Below, piece after piece: positions 38,264 through 48,073 of a DNA stretch of 64,000 nt; the stretch's first letter is position 1, and every line of letters starts with the position of its first letter. This DNA comes from Gemmatimonadota bacterium. GTDB lineage: Bacteria > Gemmatimonadota > Gemmatimonadetes > Longimicrobiales > Gaopeijiaceae. The DNA lies in NCBI GenBank assembly GCA_039589315.1, contig JBDHHQ010000005.1:32001-96000 (forward strand). Reading direction: 5' to 3'. Under the pieces are notes generated by a model, which saw only the letters and a list, made by a program, of their open reading frames with translations, was not told where the DNA came from and did not search any database. Both the position numbers and the translations under genes were made by a program.

Positions 38264-39130
38264 ATGACCTCGCGCGTGACAGGATCGCGGGCCGATCTCC
38301 AGAAGGAGATGGGCCGATCGGAGTCCGAGGTGGACCTCGCCCGGGCAGCCCTGCTGGTCGCCCGGGAGGAGTATCCCCAGCTTCCCGTCGACCGGTACCT
38401 GGGACGGCTCGACGAGCTTGCCGAGAGGGTCGTGGACAGGCTCGCAAACGAGCAGGCGCCGATGCTCGTCCTGAACGAGTTGGTGCGCACGCTCTACGGG
38501 AGCGAGGGCTTTCGCGGGAATCAGGATGCCTACTACGACCCGAGGAACTCGTTTCTGAACGACGTGCTCGATCGCCGGGTGGGAATACCACTGACGCTGG
38601 CCATCACGGTGCTCGAAGTGGGTTGGCGCCTCGATCTCCCCCTGGAAGGAGTGAGCTTTCCGCGGCACTTCATGGTGCGCTTCAAGGGAGAGGGCGTGAA
38701 CCTCCTGCTCGATCCCTTCGAGGCCGGCGAGCTGCGTTTCGAGGACCAGGCGCAGGAGCTACTGGACCGGGTTTACGGCGGCACCATTCGCATGCGGCCG
38801 TCCTTCCTGAGGGTGGCCAGCAAGCGGCACATGCTGGTGCGCATGTTGACCAACCTGAAGGGCATCTACCTCAATGCCCACGACGACGTCCGGGCGCTCG
38901 CGGCGGTGGAACGTGTCATGCTCCTGTCTCCCGAGGTGGGCGACGAGAATCGGGACCGAGGAATCCTCCTGGCCCGAATGGGCCGCAGGGAGGAAGCCCT
39001 GGAGGAGCTCGAGCGCTATCTGGATCACACGCCGGACGCGCCGGACGCAGGACGCATCGGCGGAGTCATCGAGGGGTTGAGAAGAGGGGACGACACTGCC
39101 GGATTCGACGGGGAGGGCGATGGTGAGTGA
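38264..39130 (+). CDS. SirB1/transglutaminase-like protein with C-terminal TPR
   Basis: GFRGNQDAYYDPRNSFLNDVLDRRVGIPLTL, GVSFPRHF, RMLTNLK, RDRGILL. Confidence 0.88.
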   Translation: MTSRVTGSRADLQKEMGRSESEVDLARAALLVAREEYPQLPVDRYLGRLDELAERVVDRLANEQAPMLVLNELVRTLYGSEGFRGNQDAYYDPRNSFLNDVLDRRVGIPLTLAITVLEVGWRLDLPLEGVSFPRHFMVRFKGEGVNLLLDPFEAGELRFEDQAQELLDRVYGGTIRMRPSFLRVASKRHMLVRMLTNLKGIYLNAHDDVRALAAVERVMLLSPEVGDENRDRGILLARMGRREEALEELERYLDHTPDAPDAGRIGGVIEGLRRGDDTAGFDGEGDGE

Positions 39131-40289
39131 TGGCGATCGGGGGATCATCCTGATCGAGGAGCACCGTGTGGAGGGGGCGGTCTTCGGTCCCGAGGGTGAG
39201 AGCACTCCTCCTCGGCATTACGGGGATCCTGCCGCCGAGTATGCGGCTGCCACCTCGGCCGCGGTGGTCGTGGATCGGTCCGAGCGCGGGCGCTTCCACG
39301 TCACCGGCCGTGCGCCGTCCCAGATGCTGGAGGGCATCCTCACGGCCCGCGTGCCTGCCGCGCCGGCGACCCAGAGCCACGGGGGCGCCGTTGGCCAGGG
39401 CGCCTATTCGGCCGTGCTCACCCCGAAGGGGCGCATGATCACAGACCTGAGGGTGCTAGCCGTGGGCGGTGCGGGCGAGAGCCTACTCCTCGACGTGCCC
39501 GCGCCGGGCGTCCATCCGCTCGTGGCCCATCTGCGACGGTCGCTGCCCCCGCGCCTGGCCCGGCTGGAGGACGTGTCGGCCGCCTCCGCCATGGTGACGG
39601 TGGTGGGACCCGCCGCCCCCGAGGCCGTGGCCGCCGCCGGGAGGGGTCTGCTGCCTGGTGCGGATCCGGCCGCTGTGATCGAGGCCCTGAATGCACTCGG
39701 AGACCTCGCCTACCTGTGGAGCGGGGCCTCGGGCACCTGGGTAGTCGTCGTGGGCGCTGCCCACGGCGGAATGGCCGCCCTGGACATCCTCGGTGATGCC
39801 GACACGGTCCGGGCGTGGTGGCGGGGCCTCTTGGCTGCGGCCGTCAGGCCGGCCGGCCAGGGCGTCTTCGAGACGCTCCGGGTCGAGGGCGGCCAGCCGG
39901 CGTTCGGGGTCGACATGGACGAGGACACGCTCCCGCCCGAGGCCGGCATTCAGGACCAGGCCATCGACCACCGGAAGGGCTGCTACACAGGGCAGGAGGT
40001 CATCGTCCGCATCCGCGACCGCGGACACGTGAACCGGCGCCTTCGTGGCTTGCTCTTCGGCGACGTGCCCACGCCGGCGGCCGGGACGCCCCTCTTCCAG
40101 GTGGAACAGGACCGCGCGAGAGGCCACGTGACCAGCGCCGTCTCCAGCCCTCGGCTCGGCCAGGTGATCGGGATGGGCTACGTACGCCGAGAGCTCGAGC
40201 CTCCGACCGAAGTGCGGCTGGGTTCGCCGGACGGCCCTTCGGTGGCCGTCCGAAGTCTCGACAGCGGCTGGGGGCCTCCACCGGGCTGA
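39120..40289 (+). CDS. GcvT/YgfZ folate-binding family protein
   Basis: YgfZ signature KGCYTGQE, LTPKGRMITD, LRVEGGQP. Confidence 0.88.
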   Translation: MVSDGDRGIILIEEHRVEGAVFGPEGESTPPRHYGDPAAEYAAATSAAVVVDRSERGRFHVTGRAPSQMLEGILTARVPAAPATQSHGGAVGQGAYSAVLTPKGRMITDLRVLAVGGAGESLLLDVPAPGVHPLVAHLRRSLPPRLARLEDVSAASAMVTVVGPAAPEAVAAAGRGLLPGADPAAVIEALNALGDLAYLWSGASGTWVVVVGAAHGGMAALDILGDADTVRAWWRGLLAAAVRPAGQGVFETLRVEGGQPAFGVDMDEDTLPPEAGIQDQAIDHRKGCYTGQEVIVRIRDRGHVNRRLRGLLFGDVPTPAAGTPLFQVEQDRARGHVTSAVSSPRLGQVIGMGYVRRELEPPTEVRLGSPDGPSVAVRSLDSGWGPPPG

Positions 40290-40351
40290 CCTCGGCAGGT
40301 CCGGCCTCTCGCGGCCACACCCCAACGCCATCGGACCCAAGCGGCGCGGCG

Positions 40352-41365
40352 CTAGACCTCTCGGGTGATCTCCTCCGCCCGGGTCCTCGCCATCAGCGCC
40401 TCGACGATGAGGCCGCCGTGGTGCTTGCCGTTCTCGATGAAGATCTTGTTCGCGTTGTCGCCGGCGGCCAGCACGCCGGCGATGTAGACACCGGCCACGT
40501 CCGTTTCCATGGTGGAGACGTCATGGGTGGGTATCCCGGTCTCCTCGTCGATGCTCACACCGAGGCTCCGGAGGAGGTGCGGGTCCGAGCGCCAGCCCGT
40601 CATGGCCAGGACGAAGTCGTTCTTGACCTCTCGCGACCCGCCCGTGTCCTCGTTCCGGATGACCACCGATCCCGGCCGGACTTCGGTGACCCGGCTCTTC
40701 CAGTAGACGGGGATCTCACCGCGCTCGAGGCGGTTGGTGATGTCCGGCACCACCCACGGCTTGACGCCCCTGTCGACGGTGTCCAGGAAGTGCACCACGG
40801 AGACTCGCGCTCCAGATCGATACAGCTCCAGGGCCGCTTCGACCGCGGAGTTGCCCGCGCCGACGATCAGCACGTCCTGATCGAAGTAGGGGTAGGGCTC
40901 CGTGTAGTAGTGGTGGACCTTGGGCAGGTCCTCGCCGGGCACGTCCAGGTAGTTGGGCTGGAAGAAGCTGCCGGTGGCCACGACCACGGCCCCGGCCTCG
41001 GTCACCCGCTCTCGGCCGTCGGCCCTCCGCGACCGCAGCGTGAAGCTTCCCTCGTGGCCGGTGACGCTCACGACTTCCTCGTACTGGCGGACCTCCAGCT
41101 GCCACTCCTTGACGACACGGCGGTAGTAGGCCAGTGCCTCTCTCCGCGTGGGCTTCGGCTCCGCGATCGTGAAGGGTACGCCCGAGATCTCCAGCTTCTC
41201 CGCGGTGCTGAAGAACGTCATGTAGTAGGGATAGCCGACGAGGGACTGGGTCACGCACCCCTTGTCGAAGAGGACGGTCTGCATCCCGGCGGCACGGGCG
41301 GCCGCGCCGGCCGAGATACCGCAGGGCCCGGCCCCGATCACGGCGATGTCCACTCTATTCGGCAC
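40352..41365 (-). CDS. ypdA: YpdA family putative bacillithiol disulfide reductase
   Basis: IGAGPCG, YPYYMTFFSTAEKLEI, KPTRREALAYY, GAGNSA, VKPWV, NDFVLAMTG, KIFIENG. GTG start at 41365 is inferred. Confidence 0.88.
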   Translation of the reverse strand: MPNRVDIAVIGAGPCGISAGAAARAAGMQTVLFDKGCVTQSLVGYPYYMTFFSTAEKLEISGVPFTIAEPKPTRREALAYYRRVVKEWQLEVRQYEEVVSVTGHEGSFTLRSRRADGRERVTEAGAVVVATGSFFQPNYLDVPGEDLPKVHHYYTEPYPYFDQDVLIVGAGNSAVEAALELYRSGARVSVVHFLDTVDRGVKPWVVPDITNRLERGEIPVYWKSRVTEVRPGSVVIRNEDTGGSREVKNDFVLAMTGWRSDPHLLRSLGVSIDEETGIPTHDVSTMETDVAGVYIAGVLAAGDNANKIFIENGKHHGGLIVEALMARTRAEEITREV

Positions 41366-41654
41366 TCGGTGATTCCTGACGCTCGGTTCGACCCGGGAGA
41401 GCGGCCCGAGCCCGACGACTCGCGGTCCGCACCCCGGCGCGCCCCGGGGGGCGCCGGTGCTCGATCTCCTGCGGGTCGCGCGGTGCACCCATCGCTGACC
41501 GCAGGGCCTCCAAAGGTAAGAGAAGGTGGACTCACGGCCAGCGCCCCCGGCCTGGGGTCCCATTGCCGGGGCCCGGCGGGCTCCGTCATCTTCGGAGTCG
41601 TCCGGGGCGGGTCCGCTCCGGTCCGACGAGGCAACCCCCACGGCCAGGCCTTCG

Positions 41655-41933
41655 ATGTCACGCACCGAGTCGCCGGAGAAGGAAGCGCGCAGATCCTTGA
41701 ACCGACTCCGCAGATCCCTGGAGAAGAGCCTGCGAGAGATGGACGCCCTGGACGGAGCCATCCGCTCGGCGGAGGGGGCCGATTTCCCATCGGCCGCCTA
41801 CGACGAGGCCCGGGGCTACGTGGACCGTCTCCTGTCCTTCCTGGACGACGAGGAACGTCGACTCCGAGACAAGGTCCTGGCCGCCGGCGGTCTGGAGCCG
41901 GGTCGAATCCGTCGGGCGTCGACGCTGGAATAG
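41655..41933 (+). CDS. Hypothetical helical protein (92 aa)
   Basis: Coiled-coil-like sequence ending 3 nt before the next gene; first gene of an apparent operon. Confidence 0.6.
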   Translation: MSRTESPEKEARRSLNRLRRSLEKSLREMDALDGAIRSAEGADFPSAAYDEARGYVDRLLSFLDDEERRLRDKVLAAGGLEPGRIRRASTLE

Positions 41934-41936
41934 GCA

Positions 41937-43631
41937 GTGGATAGGCGGACCTTCATCGGTGCGGGTGCGATCGTCAGTAGTGCCTCGTTGTTGGGGGCCC
42001 GGCGAGCCGGTACGTGGGAGTTGGGCGTGGCGCACGCGCCGGACCTGGTGCTCCGAGGCGGCGCAGTGATCGACGGCACGGGTTCGCCGGCCCGGGAGGC
42101 CGACGTGGCGGTCACGGGGGATCGGATCACGGCGGTCGGGCGGGTGACGGAGTCCGGGGCGGAAGAGATCGACGTGAGGGGACTGGCCCTGGCGCCAGGC
42201 TTCATCGACATCCACTCCCACGCCGACCTGTCGCTCCTGGTGAATCCCCGCGCCGAGAGCCGCGTGCGCCAGGGGGTGACCACCGAAGTGGTTGGGCAGG
42301 ACGGGAGCTCGGTGGGGCCCTGGTCTAACGACGCGTTCGAGTCCACCCGTGACCGGTACCGCGACCGGTACGGCGTCACCATCGACTTCAGGGACCTTGG
42401 GGGATTCCTGGGCCGTCTCGAGCAGGACCCGCCGGCCGTGAATCTGGCCACTATGGTAGGGCACGGAACCGTCCGAGCCGCGGCGGTGGGAATGGAGGAT
42501 CGGCCCGCCACCATCGCCGAGTCGGAGCACATGAGCCGGCTCGTCTCCGAGGCTCTGGCTCAGGGCGCGGTGGGTCTCTCCAGCGGGCTGGAGTACACCC
42601 CGGGCTCCTTCGCCCACCGGAGCGAGCTGGTGTCGTTGGCGGCCGTCATGGCGGGCACGGGCCTGCCCTACGCCTCCCACATGCGCAACGAGGACGACGA
42701 GCTCCTGGCGGCGGTGGAGGAGGCGCTACACGTAGGCCGACTCGCCGAGGTCCCGGTGCAGATCTCCCACCTCAAGGCACAGGGCCGTCGAAACTGGTGG
42801 AAGGCCCGTGTGGCCCTTGGCGCCATCGAGGCCGCACGCGCGAGCGGCGTCGATGTGCACTTCGACCGTTATCCCTACGTAGCCTACGCCACGGGACTGT
42901 CGAATCTGTTTCCCGCGAGCGCCCGCAGCGGCGGCGCGGCCGAGTTCCTGCGGCGTCTGCAGGACGCCGAGTCCCGGCCGTCTCTGGAGCGGTATTGCCG
43001 GGAAAAAGTGGAGCTGTTGGGCTCCTGGGACGCCGTACAGATCACCTCGACCCGGACCGGCCGAAACAAGTGGGCCGAAGGCCGGCGTCTCGGCGAGCTG
43101 GCCACCGAGCGTGGCGAAGACCCCTTCGAGATGGTCCGTTCGCTGCTCGTGGACGAGGAGGGCAGCGTCGGCATGATCGGCTTCGGGATGTCCGAGGAGA
43201 ACACCGCCCGGATCCTGTCCCACCCCCTGGGAATGGTGTGCTCCGACGGAGGCGCATACGCGCCCTACGGCGTCCTGTCCGAGTCATCTACACATCCGCG
43301 CGCCTACGGCGCTTTTCCGCGCCTGCTGGGCCGTTACGTGCGGGAGCGCGGTGACCTGAGTCTTGAGGATGCGGTCAGCAAGATCACCGCCATGCCGGCG
43401 GGGAAGCTCGGTCTCGCCGATCGGGGGCACGTCCGGGTGGGAGCATTCGCCGACCTGCTCGCGTTCGATCCTTCTTCCGTCGCCGATCAGGCGACATTCA
43501 CCGAGCCACACCGCTACGGGCTAGGCATCCCCCTCGTGGTGGTCAACGGAGCGGTGACCATTCGGGACGGTGAGCAGACGGGTCGGTTGGCGGGGAGGCC
43601 TCTCCGGGGAAGCGCGTACCGGGCCCCGTGA
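41937..43631 (+). CDS. D-aminoacylase family amidohydrolase with Tat signal
   Basis: DRRTFIG twin-arginine motif; PGFIDIHSH, SHMRNE, ISHLK, HPRAYGAFPR. Confidence 0.9.
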   Translation: MDRRTFIGAGAIVSSASLLGARRAGTWELGVAHAPDLVLRGGAVIDGTGSPAREADVAVTGDRITAVGRVTESGAEEIDVRGLALAPGFIDIHSHADLSLLVNPRAESRVRQGVTTEVVGQDGSSVGPWSNDAFESTRDRYRDRYGVTIDFRDLGGFLGRLEQDPPAVNLATMVGHGTVRAAAVGMEDRPATIAESEHMSRLVSEALAQGAVGLSSGLEYTPGSFAHRSELVSLAAVMAGTGLPYASHMRNEDDELLAAVEEALHVGRLAEVPVQISHLKAQGRRNWWKARVALGAIEAARASGVDVHFDRYPYVAYATGLSNLFPASARSGGAAEFLRRLQDAESRPSLERYCREKVELLGSWDAVQITSTRTGRNKWAEGRRLGELATERGEDPFEMVRSLLVDEEGSVGMIGFGMSEENTARILSHPLGMVCSDGGAYAPYGVLSESSTHPRAYGAFPRLLGRYVRERGDLSLEDAVSKITAMPAGKLGLADRGHVRVGAFADLLAFDPSSVADQATFTEPHRYGLGIPLVVVNGAVTIRDGEQTGRLAGRPLRGSAYRAP

Positions 43632-44797
43632 GCTTCGTGGATACGGACCCCGCCGAGTCACCGGGCCGAGGGGGGGACTACACCGCCATCGCCGCCGAGC
43701 TGGCGGCGAGGTTCACCCGCGGGGTGGCCGCTCCGCTGGAGGCCCCCGTATTCGACGGCCTGGCCCGCCGGGTTGCCGGCTATCAGTTCGAGCACTGCGC
43801 TCCCTACCGCGCCTACTGTCAGGCGAGGGGAGTCCGGCCCTACGCGGCGGAGAGCTGGACGGACGTTCCGGCCGTGCCGGCCGCGGCGTTCAAGGTCCTC
43901 GACCTGATCTCCCACCCGCCGGGCGCTTCGTCAGCGGTATTCCGCACCAGTGGCACGACGGCCGCGGGGACCACTCGGGGCGTGCATCACGTGCCCGATC
44001 TCGACCTCTATCACGGGTCGCTCCTCCCCAGCTTCAGGGCTCACCTGCTGCCGGAAGGCGGCCGCATGCCAATCCTCTCGCTGGTGCCCAGCACCTCGGC
44101 GCAGCCGGACTCGTCTCTGAGTCACATGATGGCGGTGGTAACGGAGAGGTGCGGTGCTCCCGGAAGTGGCAGCTTCCTGGGCCCCTCGGGTGCGTTGGAC
44201 GTGGGGGGCGTCGTCGCCGCGGCCACCGACGCGTCGAAGACGGGCACGCCGGTGCTTGTAGCCGGCACCGCCTTCGCCTTCGTTCACCTGATCGACGCCT
44301 TGGACGAGTCCTCTACGACGCTCACCCTCCCCGAGGGCTCCAGAGTCATGGAGACCGGTGGCTTCAAAGGGCGATCGCGGGAGCTGACCAGGTCCGGCCT
44401 GTACCAGGGCATCGCCCGCGTTCTAGGCGTCACCGAGAGGTGGATCGTCAACGAGTACGGCATGACCGAGCTGCTGTCCCAGTTCTACGACGGGGTCGCC
44501 GGCGTCGCCGCCGCTGTCGAGGCCCCTGGGCCTCGGAGTGGACGCGTGCATCGCCCACCGCCGTGGATGCGCACCCGGGTCGTGGACCCCGTGTCGCTGG
44601 AACCCGTTGCCGAGGGCCAGCCCGGCCTGCTCGCTCACCTGGACCTGGCCAACCTGGGGTCGGTGTCGGCGGTGCTTACCGAGGACCTGGGCGTGAGGGA
44701 GGCAGGTGGCTTCCGGCTCCTGGGCCGGGCTCCCGGCGCAGAGCCCCGGGGCTGCTCGATCGCCATGGACGATCTACTCGCAGCGGTGGGACGGTGA
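43628..44797 (+). CDS. luxE: LuxE-like acyl-protein synthetase
   Basis: FRTSGTT, METGGFKG, NEYGMTELLSQFY, DLAN, TEDLG, LLGR..AEPRGCS (acyl-accepting Cys). Confidence 0.88.
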   Translation: MSFVDTDPAESPGRGGDYTAIAAELAARFTRGVAAPLEAPVFDGLARRVAGYQFEHCAPYRAYCQARGVRPYAAESWTDVPAVPAAAFKVLDLISHPPGASSAVFRTSGTTAAGTTRGVHHVPDLDLYHGSLLPSFRAHLLPEGGRMPILSLVPSTSAQPDSSLSHMMAVVTERCGAPGSGSFLGPSGALDVGGVVAAATDASKTGTPVLVAGTAFAFVHLIDALDESSTTLTLPEGSRVMETGGFKGRSRELTRSGLYQGIARVLGVTERWIVNEYGMTELLSQFYDGVAGVAAAVEAPGPRSGRVHRPPPWMRTRVVDPVSLEPVAEGQPGLLAHLDLANLGSVSAVLTEDLGVREAGGFRLLGRAPGAEPRGCSIAMDDLLAAVGR

Positions 44798-46200
44798 GCG
44801 CAAGCCGCGCCCCCTACCTCGATGGTTGGGTGCTGCCCGCCGGGGTGTCCGCCCCGGCGGGACCGCCTCGCACCGTCCCCTCGGAGGGTAGCGCCTGGAT
44901 CCGCTGGATCGAGCCTTCGGCGGAGCTTCTGGACGACGTGGCTGACGCCCTCCGCATGGGTCAGCAGGCACTCGCACGCCGGCCGTGGCGGGAGATCGCC
45001 CGGGTGGTGGGGCGCGTGGCCGAGCGCCTGCTGGACCCCGAGGACGACCTGCGCACCGGCGCACTGGGATCTCTGACCGACTCTTCCGGCCTGTCCCGCG
45101 AGATGGCGACGCTGGTGCTGGAGGGCATGGCGGGGGACTGGCGTGCGGATCGGCTGACCCGGGCGGTGGAGGCAGAACCTCCGCTGGCAGACGCGTTGGA
45201 CGGCTTCACAGGTGGCCTCCCACGCCTGCGGGCACGCGGGTATCCGCTGACGCTCCACATCGGTGCCGGGACCGTGCCGGGCGTCACCGCGACGTCGGTG
45301 ATCCGGGCGCTCTTGGTGAAGTCGGCGGCCTGGGCGAAGCCCGGCCTGGGCGATGTGGCCCTGACCACGGCGCTGGCCCGTGGGCTGGCCGGTGTGGACC
45401 AGGAGGTGGCGGCGTCCGTCGCAGTGACGTATTGGCCCGGCCACGACACCCCTGTCGCGGTGCTCGCCAGACCCGATCTGGTGGTCGCCTACGGCGGAGC
45501 CGACACCGTATCCAGCTTGCGGAGCGGGCTGCCGGTCACCACCCCTCTGGTGGCGTATCATCACCGCCTGAGCTTCGGCGCGGTGGCGCGGGAGGCGCTG
45601 AGCGCCGCGGATGCCGGGCGGGCGGCCGAGGCGGTGGCCATGGCCGCAGCGGTCTTCGACCAGCGGGGCTGCGTCTCTCCCCACCTGATCTTCGCCGAGG
45701 TCGGTGGTGAGGTGGATCCCCGGGCATGGGCCGCCCGGTTGGCGGAGGCTTGCGCTCGAGTCGGTCGGTCGTTGCCGCTGGGGAGGTGGACGGTCGGCGA
45801 AGCCTCCGCGGTGCAGCAGCTGAGGGGTGCCATGGAGATGAAGGCGGCCGTGGACCCGTCGGTGTCCGTCGCGACGGGCGAGGACCTGGCATGGACAGTC
45901 GTCGTGGACCCCGACGCCTCGGCCGAGTCGCCATGCGCGGGGAGGACGGTGCGGATTCGCCCCGTGGAAGACCTGGCCCGGATCCCCTCGCTCCTGGCGC
46001 GCCTCGCGCCGGTGCTCCAGACGATGGGCTTCGCGGGTCCCGGCGACCGGGCCGCGGAGCTGGCCGAGGTCCTGTCGGCCGTGGGGGTGACCCGGGTCTG
46101 CTCGTTCGAGGGCCAACCGTTTCCCCCGCCGTGGTGGAAGCACGACGGGAAGAGTCCGTTCGCCTCGCTGGTGCGGTGGACGGAGCTGGATGTGGGCTGA
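44794..46200 (+). CDS. luxC: LuxC-like acyl-CoA reductase
   Basis: HIGAGTVPG, ALLVKS, VAYGG, FDQRGCVSP (catalytic Cys), GVTRVC, WKHDG. GTGA overlap with luxE. Confidence 0.82.
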   Translation: MSASRAPYLDGWVLPAGVSAPAGPPRTVPSEGSAWIRWIEPSAELLDDVADALRMGQQALARRPWREIARVVGRVAERLLDPEDDLRTGALGSLTDSSGLSREMATLVLEGMAGDWRADRLTRAVEAEPPLADALDGFTGGLPRLRARGYPLTLHIGAGTVPGVTATSVIRALLVKSAAWAKPGLGDVALTTALARGLAGVDQEVAASVAVTYWPGHDTPVAVLARPDLVVAYGGADTVSSLRSGLPVTTPLVAYHHRLSFGAVAREALSAADAGRAAEAVAMAAAVFDQRGCVSPHLIFAEVGGEVDPRAWAARLAEACARVGRSLPLGRWTVGEASAVQQLRGAMEMKAAVDPSVSVATGEDLAWTVVVDPDASAESPCAGRTVRIRPVEDLARIPSLLARLAPVLQTMGFAGPGDRAAELAEVLSAVGVTRVCSFEGQPFPPPWWKHDGKSPFASLVRWTELDVG

Positions 46201-46226
46201 CGGCCGCAGCGTACGTCGTCGGGGTG

Positions 46227-46736
46227 TCAGGACAGCGTGCGGCGCAGGGCCTCGGCTTGCTCGGGAAGGAAGCCGTAGAGTACCACCGTTTCGATGGTGT
46301 CGGGGCGCTCGCGGGTGAACCGCCTGATCTCGCTCACCATGATCCGCGCGGATTCGTCGAAAGGGAAGCCGCCAACGCCCGCGCCAAGCACAGGAAAGGC
46401 CAGGGAGCGGATGCCGTGCTCGACAGCGATGCGGAGCGATTCACGAGTGGCGGACTCGATCGTACCGGCGGAGGCCGGCTCGTCACCCATGGCGGCCGCA
46501 TGAATCACGTAACGGGCGGGGAGATCTCCGCCTCCGGTCAGGGCGGCCTGGCCGACCAGGACCGGACCGTGCCGTCTCACGTACTCGTCACACTCTGCCT
46601 GGATGGTGCCGCCGCCCCGCCGCAAGATGGCGCCAGCGACGCCCGCCCCGAGGATCAGATGATTGTTGGCGGCGTTGACGACCGCATCGCCGCCGAACGC
46701 GGAGATATCACCTTCCTCGACGCGAATCAGAGTCAC
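46227..46736 (-). CDS. Macro domain protein (YmdB-like ADP-ribose hydrolase)
   Basis: [38 protein letters not shown]. Confidence 0.9.
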   Translation of the reverse strand: MTLIRVEEGDISAFGGDAVVNAANNHLILGAGVAGAILRRGGGTIQAECDEYVRRHGPVLVGQAALTGGGDLPARYVIHAAAMGDEPASAGTIESATRESLRIAVEHGIRSLAFPVLGAGVGGFPFDESARIMVSEIRRFTRERPDTIETVVLYGFLPEQAEALRRTLS

Positions 46737-46757
46737 GGCGACCTTCCGGCGTGCGTC

Positions 46758-46955
46758 CTACTCGTCTTCGCCGGGCTGGGGGTCGGCCCGCCACAGGACC
46801 ATGTGGCGATTCCCCTGTGGCGTCTCCTCGATCCGAACAGTGAGGGAATCGCCTTCGTCGATGCCCAGATCGTCCCGCATGTCCTGAGGAATCGTGATCC
46901 TTCCGCCGACGCCGACGGTAACATCCCCATAGTACAGCGTCCGGTAGATGGCCAT
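46758..46955 (-). CDS. AbrB/MazE/SpoVT family DNA-binding protein
   Basis: GRITIPQDMRDDLGIDEGD swapped-hairpin motif; GAGGAGG RBS. Confidence 0.85.
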   Translation of the reverse strand: MAIYRTLYYGDVTVGVGGRITIPQDMRDDLGIDEGDSLTVRIEETPQGNRHMVLWRADPQPGEDE

Positions 46956-47092
46956 CCAGCCTCCTCACTGTTGTTATTTTGCGGCCTCGAATCTACAGCG
47001 TCGCCGGAGACTCGGCAAAGCGATCACACTGGCTGGACGGTGAGTGGGAGACGGGTCGTGGGAACGTCGCGACGCGCGACAAGCGGAGTACG

Positions 47093-48073
47093 ATGACAAC
47101 CAGCAGTGACGGCTTCGCGGTGCGCCTTCAAGGCGTGACCAAGCAGTTCGGGCGGCACGTGGCCGTGTCGGAGCTGGACCTCGAGATCCCGCGGGGTGCC
47201 GTTTACGGACTGCTGGGACCCAACGGATCAGGCAAGACAACGACTATCCGGATGATCATGGGGATCCTGCATCCCGACCGGGGACGGGTGGACCTGTTCG
47301 GGGGGGATCCGGACGTGACGCGCCGGACCCGGGTGGGCTATTTGCCCGAGGAGCGGGGCGTATACAAGAAGATGAAGGTCATCGAGTTTCTCGTGTTCCT
47401 GGCCGAGATCCGGGGCGTGGATCGTCGCGAGGGAAAGCGGCGGGGCGCTCATTGGCTGGCGCGGCTGGAGCTGGAGGACTGGGCCGAGAGGAAGCTCGAG
47501 GACCTGTCCAAAGGGATGCAACAGAAGGTGCAGTTCATCGCCACCGTGCTGCATGAGCCCGACCTGCTGATCCTGGACGAACCGTTCAGCGGGCTGGATC
47601 CCCTGAATCAGGACGTGCTCGAAGGGATCGTCAGGGAATACCAGGCAAGCGGGACGACGATCCTCTTCTCCACCCACCTCATGGACCAGGCCGAGCGGCT
47701 CTGCGAAAAGGTCTGTCTGATCTCCCAGGCGACCAAGGTCCTGGACGGGGACCTCGTCGACCTCAAGCGCGCGGAGGCGGCGGGCGTGGTGGCGGTGCGC
47801 TTCGACGGCGACGCCGCATGGCTGACTGGGCCCGACGTCGTCGACGTGGAGGAGATCGGGGGTGACGTGCACCTCGTCCTCGCCGACGGAGCAGACCACC
47901 AGGCGATCCTCCAAAGGGGGATCCGATCCGGGGCACGCATCCACCGGTTCGAGGTGGTGGAGCCCCGTCTCCACGAGATCTTCGTGCGACACGTCGGAGG
48001 CCGGGCGGCATCCTCCTGGCCTGCCGTTACCGACGCGCCGGCCGCTGCCCCGGGTACGGGAGGCTCGTCGTGA
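47093..48073 (+). CDS. ABC transporter ATP-binding protein (NatA/YhaQ-like)
   Basis: GPNGSGKTT, GYLPEERG, LSKGMQQK, ILDEPFSGLD, STH. Confidence 0.93.
   Translation: MTTSSDGFAVRLQGVTKQFGRHVAVSELDLEIPRGAVYGLLGPNGSGKTTTIRMIMGILHPDRGRVDLFGGDPDVTRRTRVGYLPEERGVYKKMKVIEFLVFLAEIRGVDRREGKRRGAHWLARLELEDWAERKLEDLSKGMQQKVQFIATVLHEPDLLILDEPFSGLDPLNQDVLEGIVREYQASGTTILFSTHLMDQAERLCEKVCLISQATKVLDGDLVDLKRAEAAGVVAVRFDGDAAWLTGPDVVDVEEIGGDVHLVLADGADHQAILQRGIRSGARIHRFEVVEPRLHEIFVRHVGGRAASSWPAVTDAPAAAPGTGGSS

Noticed and set aside
43570..44793. The luxC frame is open across the whole of luxE, suggesting a frameshift fusion
   Set aside because: The extension is Arg/Gly/Pro-rich junk, a GTGA coupled start exists at 44794, and no slippery site was identified. 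The same applies to the extensions of ORFs 15257-17353 and 18489-20819.
43628..46200. Bioluminescence operon
   Set aside because: No luxA, luxB or luxD in the window.
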